Below, piece by piece: positions 28,878 through 38,658 of a stretch of 64,000 nucleotides of DNA. Position numbers and translations under genes: made by a program. The stretch spans positions 24,208 through 88,207 of the forward strand of contig JAEXIT010000005.1 of NCBI GenBank assembly GCA_023446155.1, written 5' to 3'. How positions within the stretch are numbered: the stretch's first letter is position 1; each line of letters opens with the position of its first letter. This stretch comes from Bacteroidota bacterium. GTDB taxonomy: Bacteria > Bacteroidota > Bacteroidia > Flavobacteriales > Flavobacteriaceae. The notes under the pieces are model-generated. The model searched no databases, had not been told where the DNA came from, and saw nothing but the letters and a program-made list of their open reading frames with translations.

Positions 28878-31800
28878 ATGGTAAAAAAAATCACGTTATT
28901 ATTTATTTTATCCGCCTTAGTTACCGGGATTCCGGCCGTATCACAAACGCCTCCTGATGGAGTAGCTGCGCCAGAAATTACTGCTGTTGTTAAAATGGGC
29001 AAGCAAGCTCCGATTGACGATGTTCAATTAACAGACGATGAAAGACAATCGGTAAGACCGGATTTTTTCTCCCGACGTACTTCCGAAGTGGGTTACACCG
29101 AAGGAAAACTATCGGTTTCGCTATCCGGAGCCGCAAACTATACGATACCACTTTATTTACCTCCTGGAATTAATGGAGTTGTACCTAAAATCGGTATCAA
29201 CTATAATAGTCAGTCGGGTGTTGGAATGCTCGGATATGGGTGGAATCTTACCGGTTTATCCTCGATTACAAGGATACCTTCTACTAAATTTCATAATGAT
29301 AAGATTGAAATTATTAATTATAATCTTTCGGATAATTATGCATTAGACGGTCAGCGGTTACTACTGAAAAGTGGTATTCATGGTAGGGATGGAGCGGTAT
29401 ATGAAACGGAAAACTATTCGAATACTAAGATCACACTTGTAGGCGGTATTGAAGGAGCGCCGGATAGAGGTCCGGATTATTTTATTGTGGAATATGCCGA
29501 TGGTTCCAAGGCCTATTATGGATATATACACGGGAATACTTCAAACTCCAGATCGCAAACGGATTATTCGATTACCTATTGGGAAAACCCTCAGGGATTG
29601 CGAATTTATTATTACTATACGAATTGGATTGCTAATACGACTGTCTTAAATAGTATCAAGTACGGATCGGCTAATACGGATCGGCCAATAAATGAAGTCA
29701 CTTTTATTTATAAAAACAGAAGTAAGCCAGAAGAATTTTTTATTGCCGGACTTCAGAAAATCAATGATAAAATTATAAGTGAAATTCAGGTTAAAGGAAA
29801 TGGTGTTGCGCTACGGAATTATGTTTTTGATCATAGGGTAAGTGCTCTGGGACATGAAAAACTGGTCAGTATACAGGAAAAAACAGGAGATAACACAAAG
29901 AGTTATCCTAAAATGGTTTTTCAATATGTAGATAATTTGGCGACCAACGCACAGCAAATAGAATTTGTAAAAACCGTTCAACCCACTATTCCTTTCGTCG
30001 ATGTCAAGCGAACCATAACCGGCGATTTTGATGGTGATGGAGAAATAGAAATACTTACGGGAAAGAGTTCTGTTGAGAATCAGTCTATCGGAATTTATAA
30101 ATTAAAGGAGTCAGATAATGCGATTAATCTGCTTACTCAGGCTACTCCGATAACGATTAACACTGTTTTTTCTGCTGTAAATTTTCTGGATAGTAGCTTT
30201 AAAAAGAAAAACAGACAAGGTTGGTGTACGATTGAGGGAGGGCATGATGCGGTGGTTAAAGTGTATTCTTATAACAGCGCTACCGGTGGCGTCGATTTAG
30301 AATATCAGAAGGACTTTACGTCTATTATTTCGCAATATAGCAGTAATGATATACATGCGTATTCCGGTTGTTTTTCCCTTCCTGGCGATTTTAATGGCGA
30401 TGGATTAACGGATTTGTTATTCCTTAAAAATAATAACGATGGGACATTGGCAACTCAGTTTGTGGATTTAGACAGAAGAATAGCGCCCAATTTGACCTAT
30501 AATTCCGGGACACTGAATATTGGAAATGCGGCCCCTAATGTTAATGGGACAATGACAGTAAAAGGAAGTTCCCGATTTAAAACCGGCGATTTTGACGGCG
30601 ATGGTAAAACCGATTTAATTATTTTCAGAGGGGATCCGTATAACGTCATGGATATTTATTCGTTGCGGAATCATGTTTTTGTAAAAATATACAGTTGGAA
30701 GGTCGATATGCCGGAATATTTGGGATATCAACATACTAAGACAGGACATCCGGCAAGCGGTATCCGGATGTTCCCGATTACCATAGGCGATTATAATGGC
30801 GATGGTAAGAGCGATATATTTTTTGCGGCATTAGGGAAAGTGTTAATCGCTACAGGAGGGATGCAATTTATAGACGAATTATTGCCCTCCTATGACGGGT
30901 CGGAATCGTATAAAGAGCAATTTTTGGCATTAGATTTTAATAATGACGGAAAAGACGACATCTTAAAACTTTCCCCGGTATTGGTAAAAGAGCCAGGTAG
31001 TGTCTCTTATACTTACTGGACGGATAATCAAGGCGCTCATAATTGTTGTCCGGTTCAGAATTATAACAACTTTTATGGACTTAAAATAGCGCATTATTCC
31101 AGAACGGGAAATGCCGCATCGCTGTGGTTGGGTCAGTCATTTCAGCGAATGATGAATGCTCGCGGTATTCCATATGCCGATACAAATAGGTTTGATAAAA
31201 TGCTGGTGACACTTTTAACCCGAAAAAGTAAGACGGACAGTAGCAAAACCGAAATAGCAATATTGGGCGGGAATGGCGTTTCGTTTTTTGCCAACAAAAG
31301 CTTTTTGGAAGGCGAATACCTACTTAGAAATATTCATTCTAACGGTGTAAACCAATCGATTACCTATGCCAGTTTAAAACCGGGAAATGGGGTGTATTTT
31401 GCAGGTAATGCCATTGAGATATTCCCAAATTATACGATCAATAATGCTGAAAAATTTAAAGTCGTTTCGAAAATACAAAAAACAGGACCAGCCTATCATA
31501 AAATTCAGGAATTCCGTTACCAGGGAGCTGTAGCTCATGCAGAGGGATTAGGATTCTTTGGATTCCAGTCGACGTTGAAAACAAATTGGTACGACGATCC
31601 GTCGAAAATCATTTCCTATGTTACGAAGTTCGATATGAATAAAAGAGGAGCTGTAATTCAGGATTTTTCGGTTCTCGGACTGGTTTCTCCAACGTTAACC
31701 TTAGCAGCTAACGATTCCTTTATCAGCAATAGTAATACGATATATAATGATGAAGAACTGTTATTACCCAATAAAGTATACAAACTGAGGAAAACAGGAG

Positions 31801-34800
31801 TTAAAAATTATAACGGACTAACCGGAGTAAACAGTGAAACGGTAATGACTTATAATACTACAGGGAGTCCAACAGAGGTGATCACCAAGGTGAAAAACGG
31901 AACCACAATCGAACGTACCACCGTCGAAAATTACACGTACGATCCGGTAATAACCACTCCTTATATGGTAGACCGGCCAAGGCGTAAAAGCACTACCGCG
32001 ACCCTTGCGGGTAATGATGGGGTGCGTAGCGAAGAGCACTATCTTTATGAAAAGAACCTGTTAAAACAGCTAAGACGAAAAGGACATAATACCGGATATA
32101 TTACCGAAGATAACGAATACGACAGCTATGGTAATCTAATCCAAAAAAAACTGTCGGCCATAGGAATGGCACCCAGGGTTAATAAATGGGAATATGACAC
32201 ACCAACACACCGTTTTGTAAGTAAAAAGACAGATGTTCTAGGGAATCAAACCACCTATACTTATAATGCCCGTAACGGTTTAATGCTAACAGAAAGAATA
32301 GTCACTACCAAGAGCATTAGCGGGATAACGACTACTTATACTTATGACAAGTGGGGGAAGACGATTCAAAAAACCGATTATCTGGGGAAAAGCGAAAAAT
32401 ATACCTATACAAAAACGCGTGGATACGGAGTGTTTAAAATCACAATAGGCGACGATGGCAGTAGGAGCACTAGCCAGATTGACGCGTATGGAAGAGAAGT
32501 ACGAAAAGGAACAAAAACAATCAATAATAAATGGTCGTATATCGATCTGGAATACGATAGTGATGACAGGCTTATCTCCGAAAGCCACCCTTATTTTAGC
32601 GATGCAAGTGCTACGGTATGGAAGGAAACGAAGTATGATGTATACGGCAGACTTATCCAGGCCGTTTCATTAAAAACAGCAAGTACCCCGGGTAAAGTTG
32701 TAAATTATACATATTCGGGCTTAACAACGACTGAAGACGACGGTATAAAGTCCAAACAAAGTGTGTACAATGCATTGGGTCAGATTATTTCGTTAACAGA
32801 AACACCAGGCGGAACCATAACCTATAGCTATTATGCAAACGGTAACCTAAAAGAGTCGGTTTACGAGGGAAGGAAAATTAAATTGGAGTATGATGGCTGG
32901 GGAAATAAAACAAAACTGGAAGATCCTTCTGCCGGGATTTATACGTATCAATACAACGCATTTGGGGAGCTTACCAAAGAGACCACACCAAAAGGAACTT
33001 CTTCCAAATCCAGAGATGATTCGGGTAGAATTATTTTGGTAGAAGAAGAAATAGGAACGGCTTCTCATCAGACACGCTATCATTACAATAGTGACAATAC
33101 GCTTTACGAATCGATTCGTGAGGAATCTTTAACCGGTACTAGAACCAACGCGTTGTATTATGAATATGATACCTATAAAAGAGTTCAAAAAATTAGACAG
33201 ATTACACCTTATGCAACTTTTGACAAAGAGTTTACCTATGACGCATTTGGAAGAATCGGAAAAGAAAAGTATACCGCAACTTCGCTCGCCAATACTAAAA
33301 CCAGTAGTAGGACATTCGCCTATTATTATTTGGCAGGACAGCACACTCAAATAGTTGATGAGGCTACTAACAACCCGGTTTGGTATGCCAATACCGTTAA
33401 TGCAAACGGCCAACCGACCAGTGAGAGCAATGGTCTTGGAATCACGAAATATAGTACCTATGACTTATATGGCTTTCCGAAAGATGTGGTAACAACCCGC
33501 ATGGTTACGAATCCGAATACCGGGCCTTTTGTACCGGTTGATATGTCCGAAGACGTATTGCGTTTACAAACAACATTCGAAATACAAAGCGGTAACGTAA
33601 CCCGTAAAACCAACAGCTTGTTCGCTATTGACGAGCCTTTTGAATACGACAATCAGGACCGACTGATAAAATGGAATAAAGAGCTTGTGACTCTTCACAA
33701 AAGCGAATTCAACTCCGGAACAGAAGAATTCAATACACAACATGGAGCCGTTATAACAAATGAGAACGGACAGCTAAAAGTAATCGCAACACAAGGCTAT
33801 GCCGGGGTTAAAAAAGCAATACTAACACATGCTAAAGTAGGTGACCGATTGGCTGTAAAAGTCAAGATAGATAAAGGAACAACCAACAAAGTTCGTGTAT
33901 TGGTAGTGGAATACGATCCGGATAGCGGACTGGGACATGAATCCTTTAAAGGATATGCACAAAACGGCATTTTCGAATTGGAGCATACTGTTACTCAATA
34001 TCCTTATATCACTTTAAACATTGATAAAGAGGGTACCGGTAACGATGTAGGTACAGCTACTAATTTCTATATCGATGACGTATGGGGTGGAAAACAAATA
34101 GTAGAAACACAACAATACGACGATAGAGGGCGGATAACTCAAAACAGTCTGGGCTATTATAATTATAACGATAACGGTAAAACCTACCGGAATACTTCCA
34201 TCGATCTTAATTCGGAAGCCCATTCCTACTACCAAAACCGGGAAGGAATCTTTAACGATGGCATGGAAGATCAAAAAGGCTGGTTTGATCTGGGACTAGG
34301 ATGGGGCATCTTTGGTAAACCGATATACGACGATTCCAAGTCGAAATCCGGAAAATACGCTTTAAAAATCCATAATCCGACCAATTCTGAGTTAACCCTG
34401 CATTCCGATCACTGGATTCCGATTGACAATCCCAATGGGGCATACTATACCTTTTCCGGATGGGTATACAGCGACGGTCCCACTTCTCAGCTCGTTCTGT
34501 TTATGAATTCCGGGACCGAAACCGGATATTATACCATCGTGGCCGATCAATATACTGAAGTAACCAACCAATGGTTCTATATGGAACGAACGGTGTATGT
34601 CCCGTCTCATATTAAAAAACTAAACATTAGGGTTGACAATAATGGCGGCGGAAATGTTTGGTTCGACGATGTCCGTATCCGGAAAATTGATAATCCGAAA
34701 ACCGATATCCGTCAGTTAGACATTCAATATGGAATGCGACAAAAACCAATGACGATTACGGAAACCGGTGTCGAAAAAATCGAGTTCAAATACAACGACA

Positions 34801-36230
34801 GTTACGATCGAACCACAATGTTTTACGGTGGTCCCGAAACGGATGTCACCCAACGGAAGTTCCGAAAAGATTATTCCAGCGATGGTTCGATGGAAATTAC
34901 CACAGATCAGCAAACAGGTGAATCGACCTTTGTGTTTTTTGTAGGAGGTGATGCCTATAGCGCTCCGGCAGTGTTTAAAGATAACGGCGCCACTTCGGAA
35001 TTGCTGTATTTAGAGCGGGATTATCAGGGTAGTATCGTAGCCGTTTTAAATCAGATTGGGACAATTGTGGAAAAACGCCTCTTCGATCCGTGGGGCGCGA
35101 TTGTAAAGGTACAGGATGGACAAGGTCACAATCTGGCAGGATTAACGGTTTTAGACAGAGGCTATACCGGACACGAACATATCCAAAGTGTAGGACTTAT
35201 TAATATGAACGGTCGTTTATACGATCCGAAATTACGCCGGTTTCTGTCGCCCGATAATTATATTCAGGATCCGTATAATACCCAAAATTATAACCGCTAC
35301 GGTTATGTATTAAACAATCCAACCAAATACACCGATCCAACCGGAGAATTCTGGTGGCAGGCCATAGGTTATATTTTTTCGGCCTATATACATGGCGCTC
35401 AGGCAACCGGTGAGGCAAATCCGTATAACTGGGGTAAAACCGAAACCTATAATGCGATTTTAGGGCCAACATCATCGGCAATTTCCTATGCCGCTACAGA
35501 ATATGCGAATTCTTATATTGATAACTACAATAACCATCCAACCATAAACTATTATGGTGGGGTAATAAACCAGAACGAGCATCCATACGTACCGGTAACT
35601 GTAATTCAGATGCCCACACAACATCATTTTCTGGGGGTAAACATGACGGCACTTTCGGACGGTAATTTCTTCGATCGGTTTGTATATGGTACGTTTAATA
35701 CCTTTAATATCCCGGTACAATATTTGATGGGAAGAAGCGTTCAGGATGGTAGTATGCGTAACCTAAACGGTACGCCTACCGCCACAGAAGAGGGCGCTTT
35801 AGCTTTTGGGTCGTTACCTTTATGGTTTATAGGAGGTAATGCTGGCGCGACGCAAGCAGAGGCAAGTACCAAGTTGTTGGAGCAAACCGGGCAAGTTGCT
35901 AAGGGAGGGATTACGGATTTGCAGCTTGTGACAAGAGCAGCGCAGAAAGCTGAAGTAGCGATTGGAGATACAGGAGGTGTTGCAGGAACATTAAAACATA
36001 CTTATGCTAAAAATCTTTTAAGTCGTTATCAAAGTAGGTTTGGAGGAAATCTTAGTTTAGGGAGCAATTATTTTAGAGGCCCAGCAGGTAAAGGATTTTT
36101 AGATGTAGTCAATCATAAAACCATGACTATATATGATTTTAAGTTTGGTAATGGAGTGATGAGTAAGAGCCAATCCCTAAAATATTCAAATAGCTTTCCA
36201 GGATATTTAATACAAATAATCAGACCTTAA
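28878..36230 (+). CDS. RHS repeat polymorphic toxin (signal peptide, SpvB-like, FG-GAP, YD repeats, CBM-like inserts, RHS core, PD-(D/E)xK-like tip)
   Basis: SpvB-like GAANYTIPL..PPG..YNSQ..GYGW; GDFDGDG repeats; YD repeats; RGYTGHE...NMNGRLYDP...FLSPD...KYTDPTG core; tip with FLDV...IYDFKFG...Q..KY. Confidence 0.95.
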   Translation: MVKKITLLFILSALVTGIPAVSQTPPDGVAAPEITAVVKMGKQAPIDDVQLTDDERQSVRPDFFSRRTSEVGYTEGKLSVSLSGAANYTIPLYLPPGINGVVPKIGINYNSQSGVGMLGYGWNLTGLSSITRIPSTKFHNDKIEIINYNLSDNYALDGQRLLLKSGIHGRDGAVYETENYSNTKITLVGGIEGAPDRGPDYFIVEYADGSKAYYGYIHGNTSNSRSQTDYSITYWENPQGLRIYYYYTNWIANTTVLNSIKYGSANTDRPINEVTFIYKNRSKPEEFFIAGLQKINDKIISEIQVKGNGVALRNYVFDHRVSALGHEKLVSIQEKTGDNTKSYPKMVFQYVDNLATNAQQIEFVKTVQPTIPFVDVKRTITGDFDGDGEIEILTGKSSVENQSIGIYKLKESDNAINLLTQATPITINTVFSAVNFLDSSFKKKNRQGWCTIEGGHDAVVKVYSYNSATGGVDLEYQKDFTSIISQYSSNDIHAYSGCFSLPGDFNGDGLTDLLFLKNNNDGTLATQFVDLDRRIAPNLTYNSGTLNIGNAAPNVNGTMTVKGSSRFKTGDFDGDGKTDLIIFRGDPYNVMDIYSLRNHVFVKIYSWKVDMPEYLGYQHTKTGHPASGIRMFPITIGDYNGDGKSDIFFAALGKVLIATGGMQFIDELLPSYDGSESYKEQFLALDFNNDGKDDILKLSPVLVKEPGSVSYTYWTDNQGAHNCCPVQNYNNFYGLKIAHYSRTGNAASLWLGQSFQRMMNARGIPYADTNRFDKMLVTLLTRKSKTDSSKTEIAILGGNGVSFFANKSFLEGEYLLRNIHSNGVNQSITYASLKPGNGVYFAGNAIEIFPNYTINNAEKFKVVSKIQKTGPAYHKIQEFRYQGAVAHAEGLGFFGFQSTLKTNWYDDPSKIISYVTKFDMNKRGAVIQDFSVLGLVSPTLTLAANDSFISNSNTIYNDEELLLPNKVYKLRKTGVKNYNGLTGVNSETVMTYNTTGSPTEVITKVKNGTTIERTTVENYTYDPVITTPYMVDRPRRKSTTATLAGNDGVRSEEHYLYEKNLLKQLRRKGHNTGYITEDNEYDSYGNLIQKKLSAIGMAPRVNKWEYDTPTHRFVSKKTDVLGNQTTYTYNARNGLMLTERIVTTKSISGITTTYTYDKWGKTIQKTDYLGKSEKYTYTKTRGYGVFKITIGDDGSRSTSQIDAYGREVRKGTKTINNKWSYIDLEYDSDDRLISESHPYFSDASATVWKETKYDVYGRLIQAVSLKTASTPGKVVNYTYSGLTTTEDDGIKSKQSVYNALGQIISLTETPGGTITYSYYANGNLKESVYEGRKIKLEYDGWGNKTKLEDPSAGIYTYQYNAFGELTKETTPKGTSSKSRDDSGRIILVEEEIGTASHQTRYHYNSDNTLYESIREESLTGTRTNALYYEYDTYKRVQKIRQITPYATFDKEFTYDAFGRIGKEKYTATSLANTKTSSRTFAYYYLAGQHTQIVDEATNNPVWYANTVNANGQPTSESNGLGITKYSTYDLYGFPKDVVTTRMVTNPNTGPFVPVDMSEDVLRLQTTFEIQSGNVTRKTNSLFAIDEPFEYDNQDRLIKWNKELVTLHKSEFNSGTEEFNTQHGAVITNENGQLKVIATQGYAGVKKAILTHAKVGDRLAVKVKIDKGTTNKVRVLVVEYDPDSGLGHESFKGYAQNGIFELEHTVTQYPYITLNIDKEGTGNDVGTATNFYIDDVWGGKQIVETQQYDDRGRITQNSLGYYNYNDNGKTYRNTSIDLNSEAHSYYQNREGIFNDGMEDQKGWFDLGLGWGIFGKPIYDDSKSKSGKYALKIHNPTNSELTLHSDHWIPIDNPNGAYYTFSGWVYSDGPTSQLVLFMNSGTETGYYTIVADQYTEVTNQWFYMERTVYVPSHIKKLNIRVDNNGGGNVWFDDVRIRKIDNPKTDIRQLDIQYGMRQKPMTITETGVEKIEFKYNDSYDRTTMFYGGPETDVTQRKFRKDYSSDGSMEITTDQQTGESTFVFFVGGDAYSAPAVFKDNGATSELLYLERDYQGSIVAVLNQIGTIVEKRLFDPWGAIVKVQDGQGHNLAGLTVLDRGYTGHEHIQSVGLINMNGRLYDPKLRRFLSPDNYIQDPYNTQNYNRYGYVLNNPTKYTDPTGEFWWQAIGYIFSAYIHGAQATGEANPYNWGKTETYNAILGPTSSAISYAATEYANSYIDNYNNHPTINYYGGVINQNEHPYVPVTVIQMPTQHHFLGVNMTALSDGNFFDRFVYGTFNTFNIPVQYLMGRSVQDGSMRNLNGTPTATEEGALAFGSLPLWFIGGNAGATQAEASTKLLEQTGQVAKGGITDLQLVTRAAQKAEVAIGDTGGVAGTLKHTYAKNLLSRYQSRFGGNLSLGSNYFRGPAGKGFLDVVNHKTMTIYDFKFGNGVMSKSQSLKYSNSFPGYLIQIIRP
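35733..35903 (+). repeat. 171-bp pre-toxin coding repeat, copy 1 (inside rhs)
   Basis: Encodes [38 protein letters not shown]...TGQVAK; repeated five more times downstream. Confidence 0.97.
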
Positions 36231-36237
36231 TTTAAGA

Positions 36238-36924
36238 ATGGCAATAGATAAAGAAATAAAAAAGAAAGTAATTGGGGATTGGCAAAATGCCTTTCCTCAA
36301 CTATCTTTTTATGCTCAGAATAAACTATATAAGATAGTAGGTCCGATAATCATCGGATTAGAGTTCATTAAATCGCCTTTTACAGATACCTATAGTCCAT
36401 ATTTTGTAATATACCCACTTTGGGAAGAAGATATAAAAGCTAGTCTTGATTATCCCATCCTTTTAAAGGATTTCAAAAATAAAAAAGACATTCAGTATGA
36501 TATACCTTATGAAAAGCACAGTATATTTTTTGATGATGTGTTGGAAAGTATAAAGAGGCATAGTCCATTGTCATTTGATGGGAATATTTCTTTTAAAAAA
36601 TTAATAGCTATATTGGATGAATATTCCAAAACGCCACCATTGAGCGCAGCCCCTAGCTCATATCTACAAGCAGTCCTTCATGCAACAAAATTTAAAATAG
36701 CGTTATTCATTGGAGTTGTAGAAGCCCAAAGCGTATTAGAACAAATTAACAAAAGAGATTGGGATTTGAACCACTTTAAAGCATGTGGGGTAGATGTAAA
36801 TGAATGGCTTCAAAATTTGGAAACAATGTTATCGAATAGGGATGATTTTTTGAAGCAGATAGAGGCGAATAAGCAGGATAAGAAGATAGCAAAGTTACAG
36901 AGTTCGGAACTTGTCTCATCCTAA
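36238..36924 (+). CDS. Putative cognate immunity protein of the RHS tip
   Basis: Starts 7 bp after the toxin stop; paralog of 38659..39354. Confidence 0.85.
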   Translation: MAIDKEIKKKVIGDWQNAFPQLSFYAQNKLYKIVGPIIIGLEFIKSPFTDTYSPYFVIYPLWEEDIKASLDYPILLKDFKNKKDIQYDIPYEKHSIFFDDVLESIKRHSPLSFDGNISFKKLIAILDEYSKTPPLSAAPSSYLQAVLHATKFKIALFIGVVEAQSVLEQINKRDWDLNHFKACGVDVNEWLQNLETMLSNRDDFLKQIEANKQDKKIAKLQSSELVSS

Positions 36925-36953
36925 AATAGGTTGAAAGATTTTTGGGCAAGTCT
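36912..36953. repeat. Junction palindrome J1 (IS-end-like)
   Basis: TGTCTCATCCTAAAATAGGTTGAAAGATTTTTGGGCAAGTCT; overlaps the immunity stop codon. Confidence 0.8.
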
Positions 36954-36969
36954 TCTATAATGGATAGTT

Positions 36970-37140
36970 AGAAGCGTTCAGGATGGTAGTATGCGTAACC
37001 TAAACGGGACGCCTACCGCCACAGAAGAGGGCGCTTTAGCTTTTGGTTCGTTACCTTTATGGTTTATAGGAGGTAATGCTGGGGCGGCGCAAGCAGAGGC
37101 GAGTACCAAGTTGTTGGAGCAAACCGGGCAAGTTGCTAAG
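36970..37140 (+). repeat. 171-bp pre-toxin repeat, copy 2
   Basis: Near-identical to 35733-35903. Confidence 0.97.
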
Positions 37141-37491
37141 AGTGGAAGAGGATTAGTTAATCTTACAGAAGAAACTTTTTCACAAGCATTATTTAAAGGT
37201 GTCGAAAATGTGGGAGGATATTCCATTTATGGAACAAAAGGATTAGTAGGAAATACGCTTAATAGAAACATTTTTTTGATTGAAGCTTCAGGAGGAAAGA
37301 GTCTTTCAGGATTCAGGTCTTTTGTCGGAAGTTTAGAGCGCGAAGCTTTAGGAGCCGGTGCAAATAAAATATCTATTTACGGTTCATCGATCATCAATAA
37401 AGGCTTTCTTAATCCTAATATAGCTAGACGCTTTGGTTACTCTTTTAAGCAATCAGGCAGCGGAGTATTTTTACAAAAAACTTTAAGATAA
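36991..37491 (+). CDS. Orphan toxin tip 1 (possible GNAT-like fold)
   Basis: Shared repeat followed by a unique ~116-aa tip. Confidence 0.8.
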   Translation: MRNLNGTPTATEEGALAFGSLPLWFIGGNAGAAQAEASTKLLEQTGQVAKSGRGLVNLTEETFSQALFKGVENVGGYSIYGTKGLVGNTLNRNIFLIEASGGKSLSGFRSFVGSLEREALGAGANKISIYGSSIINKGFLNPNIARRFGYSFKQSGSGVFLQKTLR

Positions 37492-37498
37492 ATTTACT

Positions 37499-37927
37499 AT
37501 GTATACTACTGATAAATCATCAATATATATATCCATTTTTAAAAGAAAAGGCGGAGAGGGGTTAAGCACTAAGATTATAATGGACATAGATAATGAGAGG
37601 TATAATAGTTTGTTCGCTCAGCTAGAAGTAAATGAAAAGCCGTTGCTTATCTACTTTCAAAGCATGTTGAATTGGTTTTTGCTTACCAATAGTAGAATTT
37701 TGATGTCTAATGAGGGACAATTTACATTTTTATATCTTGCCGACATAATTGAGGTACATCCAGCATTACAGGAAGAAATGAATGATAAAATTAACGATAA
37801 ACAAAAGTTTACTAGGTTAAAAATAAAAATGAAAAATGGGAAGTATTTTGTTTGTAAATTGGAAAAAGGACAACCTTATGAAGGAATTTATCAGGTGTTG
37901 CATTATATAGCAACCAACAACTCTTAG
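37499..37927 (+). CDS. Putative immunity protein 1 (bacterial PH-like)
   Basis: Directly after tip 1; FLLTNSRIL...LADIIEV...LKIKMKNG resembles bPH domains. Confidence 0.75.
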   Translation: MYTTDKSSIYISIFKRKGGEGLSTKIIMDIDNERYNSLFAQLEVNEKPLLIYFQSMLNWFLLTNSRILMSNEGQFTFLYLADIIEVHPALQEEMNDKINDKQKFTRLKIKMKNGKYFVCKLEKGQPYEGIYQVLHYIATNNS

Positions 37928-37945
37928 ATTATTGTGTTTTACTTG

Positions 37946-38026
37946 ATGCAACTAGATGCTCGTATTATGGAACAAACTTTAATCAACCAATACGGTTTAA
38001 ATAATTTATTGAATATAGGAGAGTAG
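37946..38026 (+). pseudogene. Remnant of another toxin tip (GIY-YIG/URI-like C-terminal helix)
   Basis: Translates as MQLDARIMEQTLINQYGLNNLLNIGE*. Confidence 0.45.
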
Positions 38027-38090
38027 GATTTTGTATATCCTGAATTTGAATGAAACAGAAGTTCAGTAAGTCCGAGTTTTTTACATTGCA

Positions 38091-38146
38091 TATCTCCTCT
38101 AGAAAAAGTTGACGAACTAATAGTCGACCTATTTTAGGACAAGTCT
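38091..38146. repeat. Junction palindrome J2
   Basis: Degenerate left arm TATCTCCTCTAGAAAAAGTTGAC, 9-nt spacer, right arm GTCGACCTATTTTAGGACAAGTCT (reverse complement of the J1/J3/J4 left arm). Confidence 0.75.
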
Positions 38147-38158
38147 TCTTTACTAAAA

Positions 38159-38329
38159 AGAAACGTTCAGAATGGTAGTATGCGTAACCTTAACGGTACG
38201 CCTACCGCCACAGAAGAGGGTGCTTTAGCTTTTGGTTCGTTACCTTTATGGTTTATAGGAGGTAATGCGGGGGCATCGCAAGCTGAGGCAAGTACCAAGT
38301 TGTTGGAGCAAACCGGGCAAGTTGCTAAG
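38159..38329 (+). repeat. 171-bp pre-toxin repeat, copy 3
   Basis: Near-identical to copy 1. Confidence 0.97.
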
Positions 38330-38656
38330 ACGGGACTTACAAATCCACAGTTAGTTCAGAAATCTGCAACATTAGCAGAAAGGACAATTGGAAGACAAGG
38401 ACCAGTTGCAGGAATAGCAAAACATAAGTATGCAACTAATTTATTAGATAGGTATCAAAGCATTTACGGACATAAGGGATTATTTTCCAACCATTCATTT
38501 AATAATGGTGTTGGTAATCGTGGTATTTTAGATGTACTTGATAGAACAAATGGAATTATTTACGACTTTAAGTTTGGTAAAGCGGTTATGAGCCCAGCGC
38601 AATACAATAAATATTATAACAATTTTGGATTACCTATTCAAGTAATAAAACCTTAG
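38180..38656 (+). CDS. Orphan toxin tip 2 (PD-(D/E)xK-like, paralog of main tip)
   Basis: KHKYA...ILDVLD...IYDFKFG...QYNKY. Confidence 0.85.
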   Translation: MRNLNGTPTATEEGALAFGSLPLWFIGGNAGASQAEASTKLLEQTGQVAKTGLTNPQLVQKSATLAERTIGRQGPVAGIAKHKYATNLLDRYQSIYGHKGLFSNHSFNNGVGNRGILDVLDRTNGIIYDFKFGKAVMSPAQYNKYYNNFGLPIQVIKP

Positions 38657-38658
38657 AA

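Noticed and set aside
38027..38040. GATTTTGTATATCC matching the reverse complement of the 17256/17745 repeat core
   Set aside because: A 14-bp AT-rich match with no flanking similarity; cannot be distinguished from chance.
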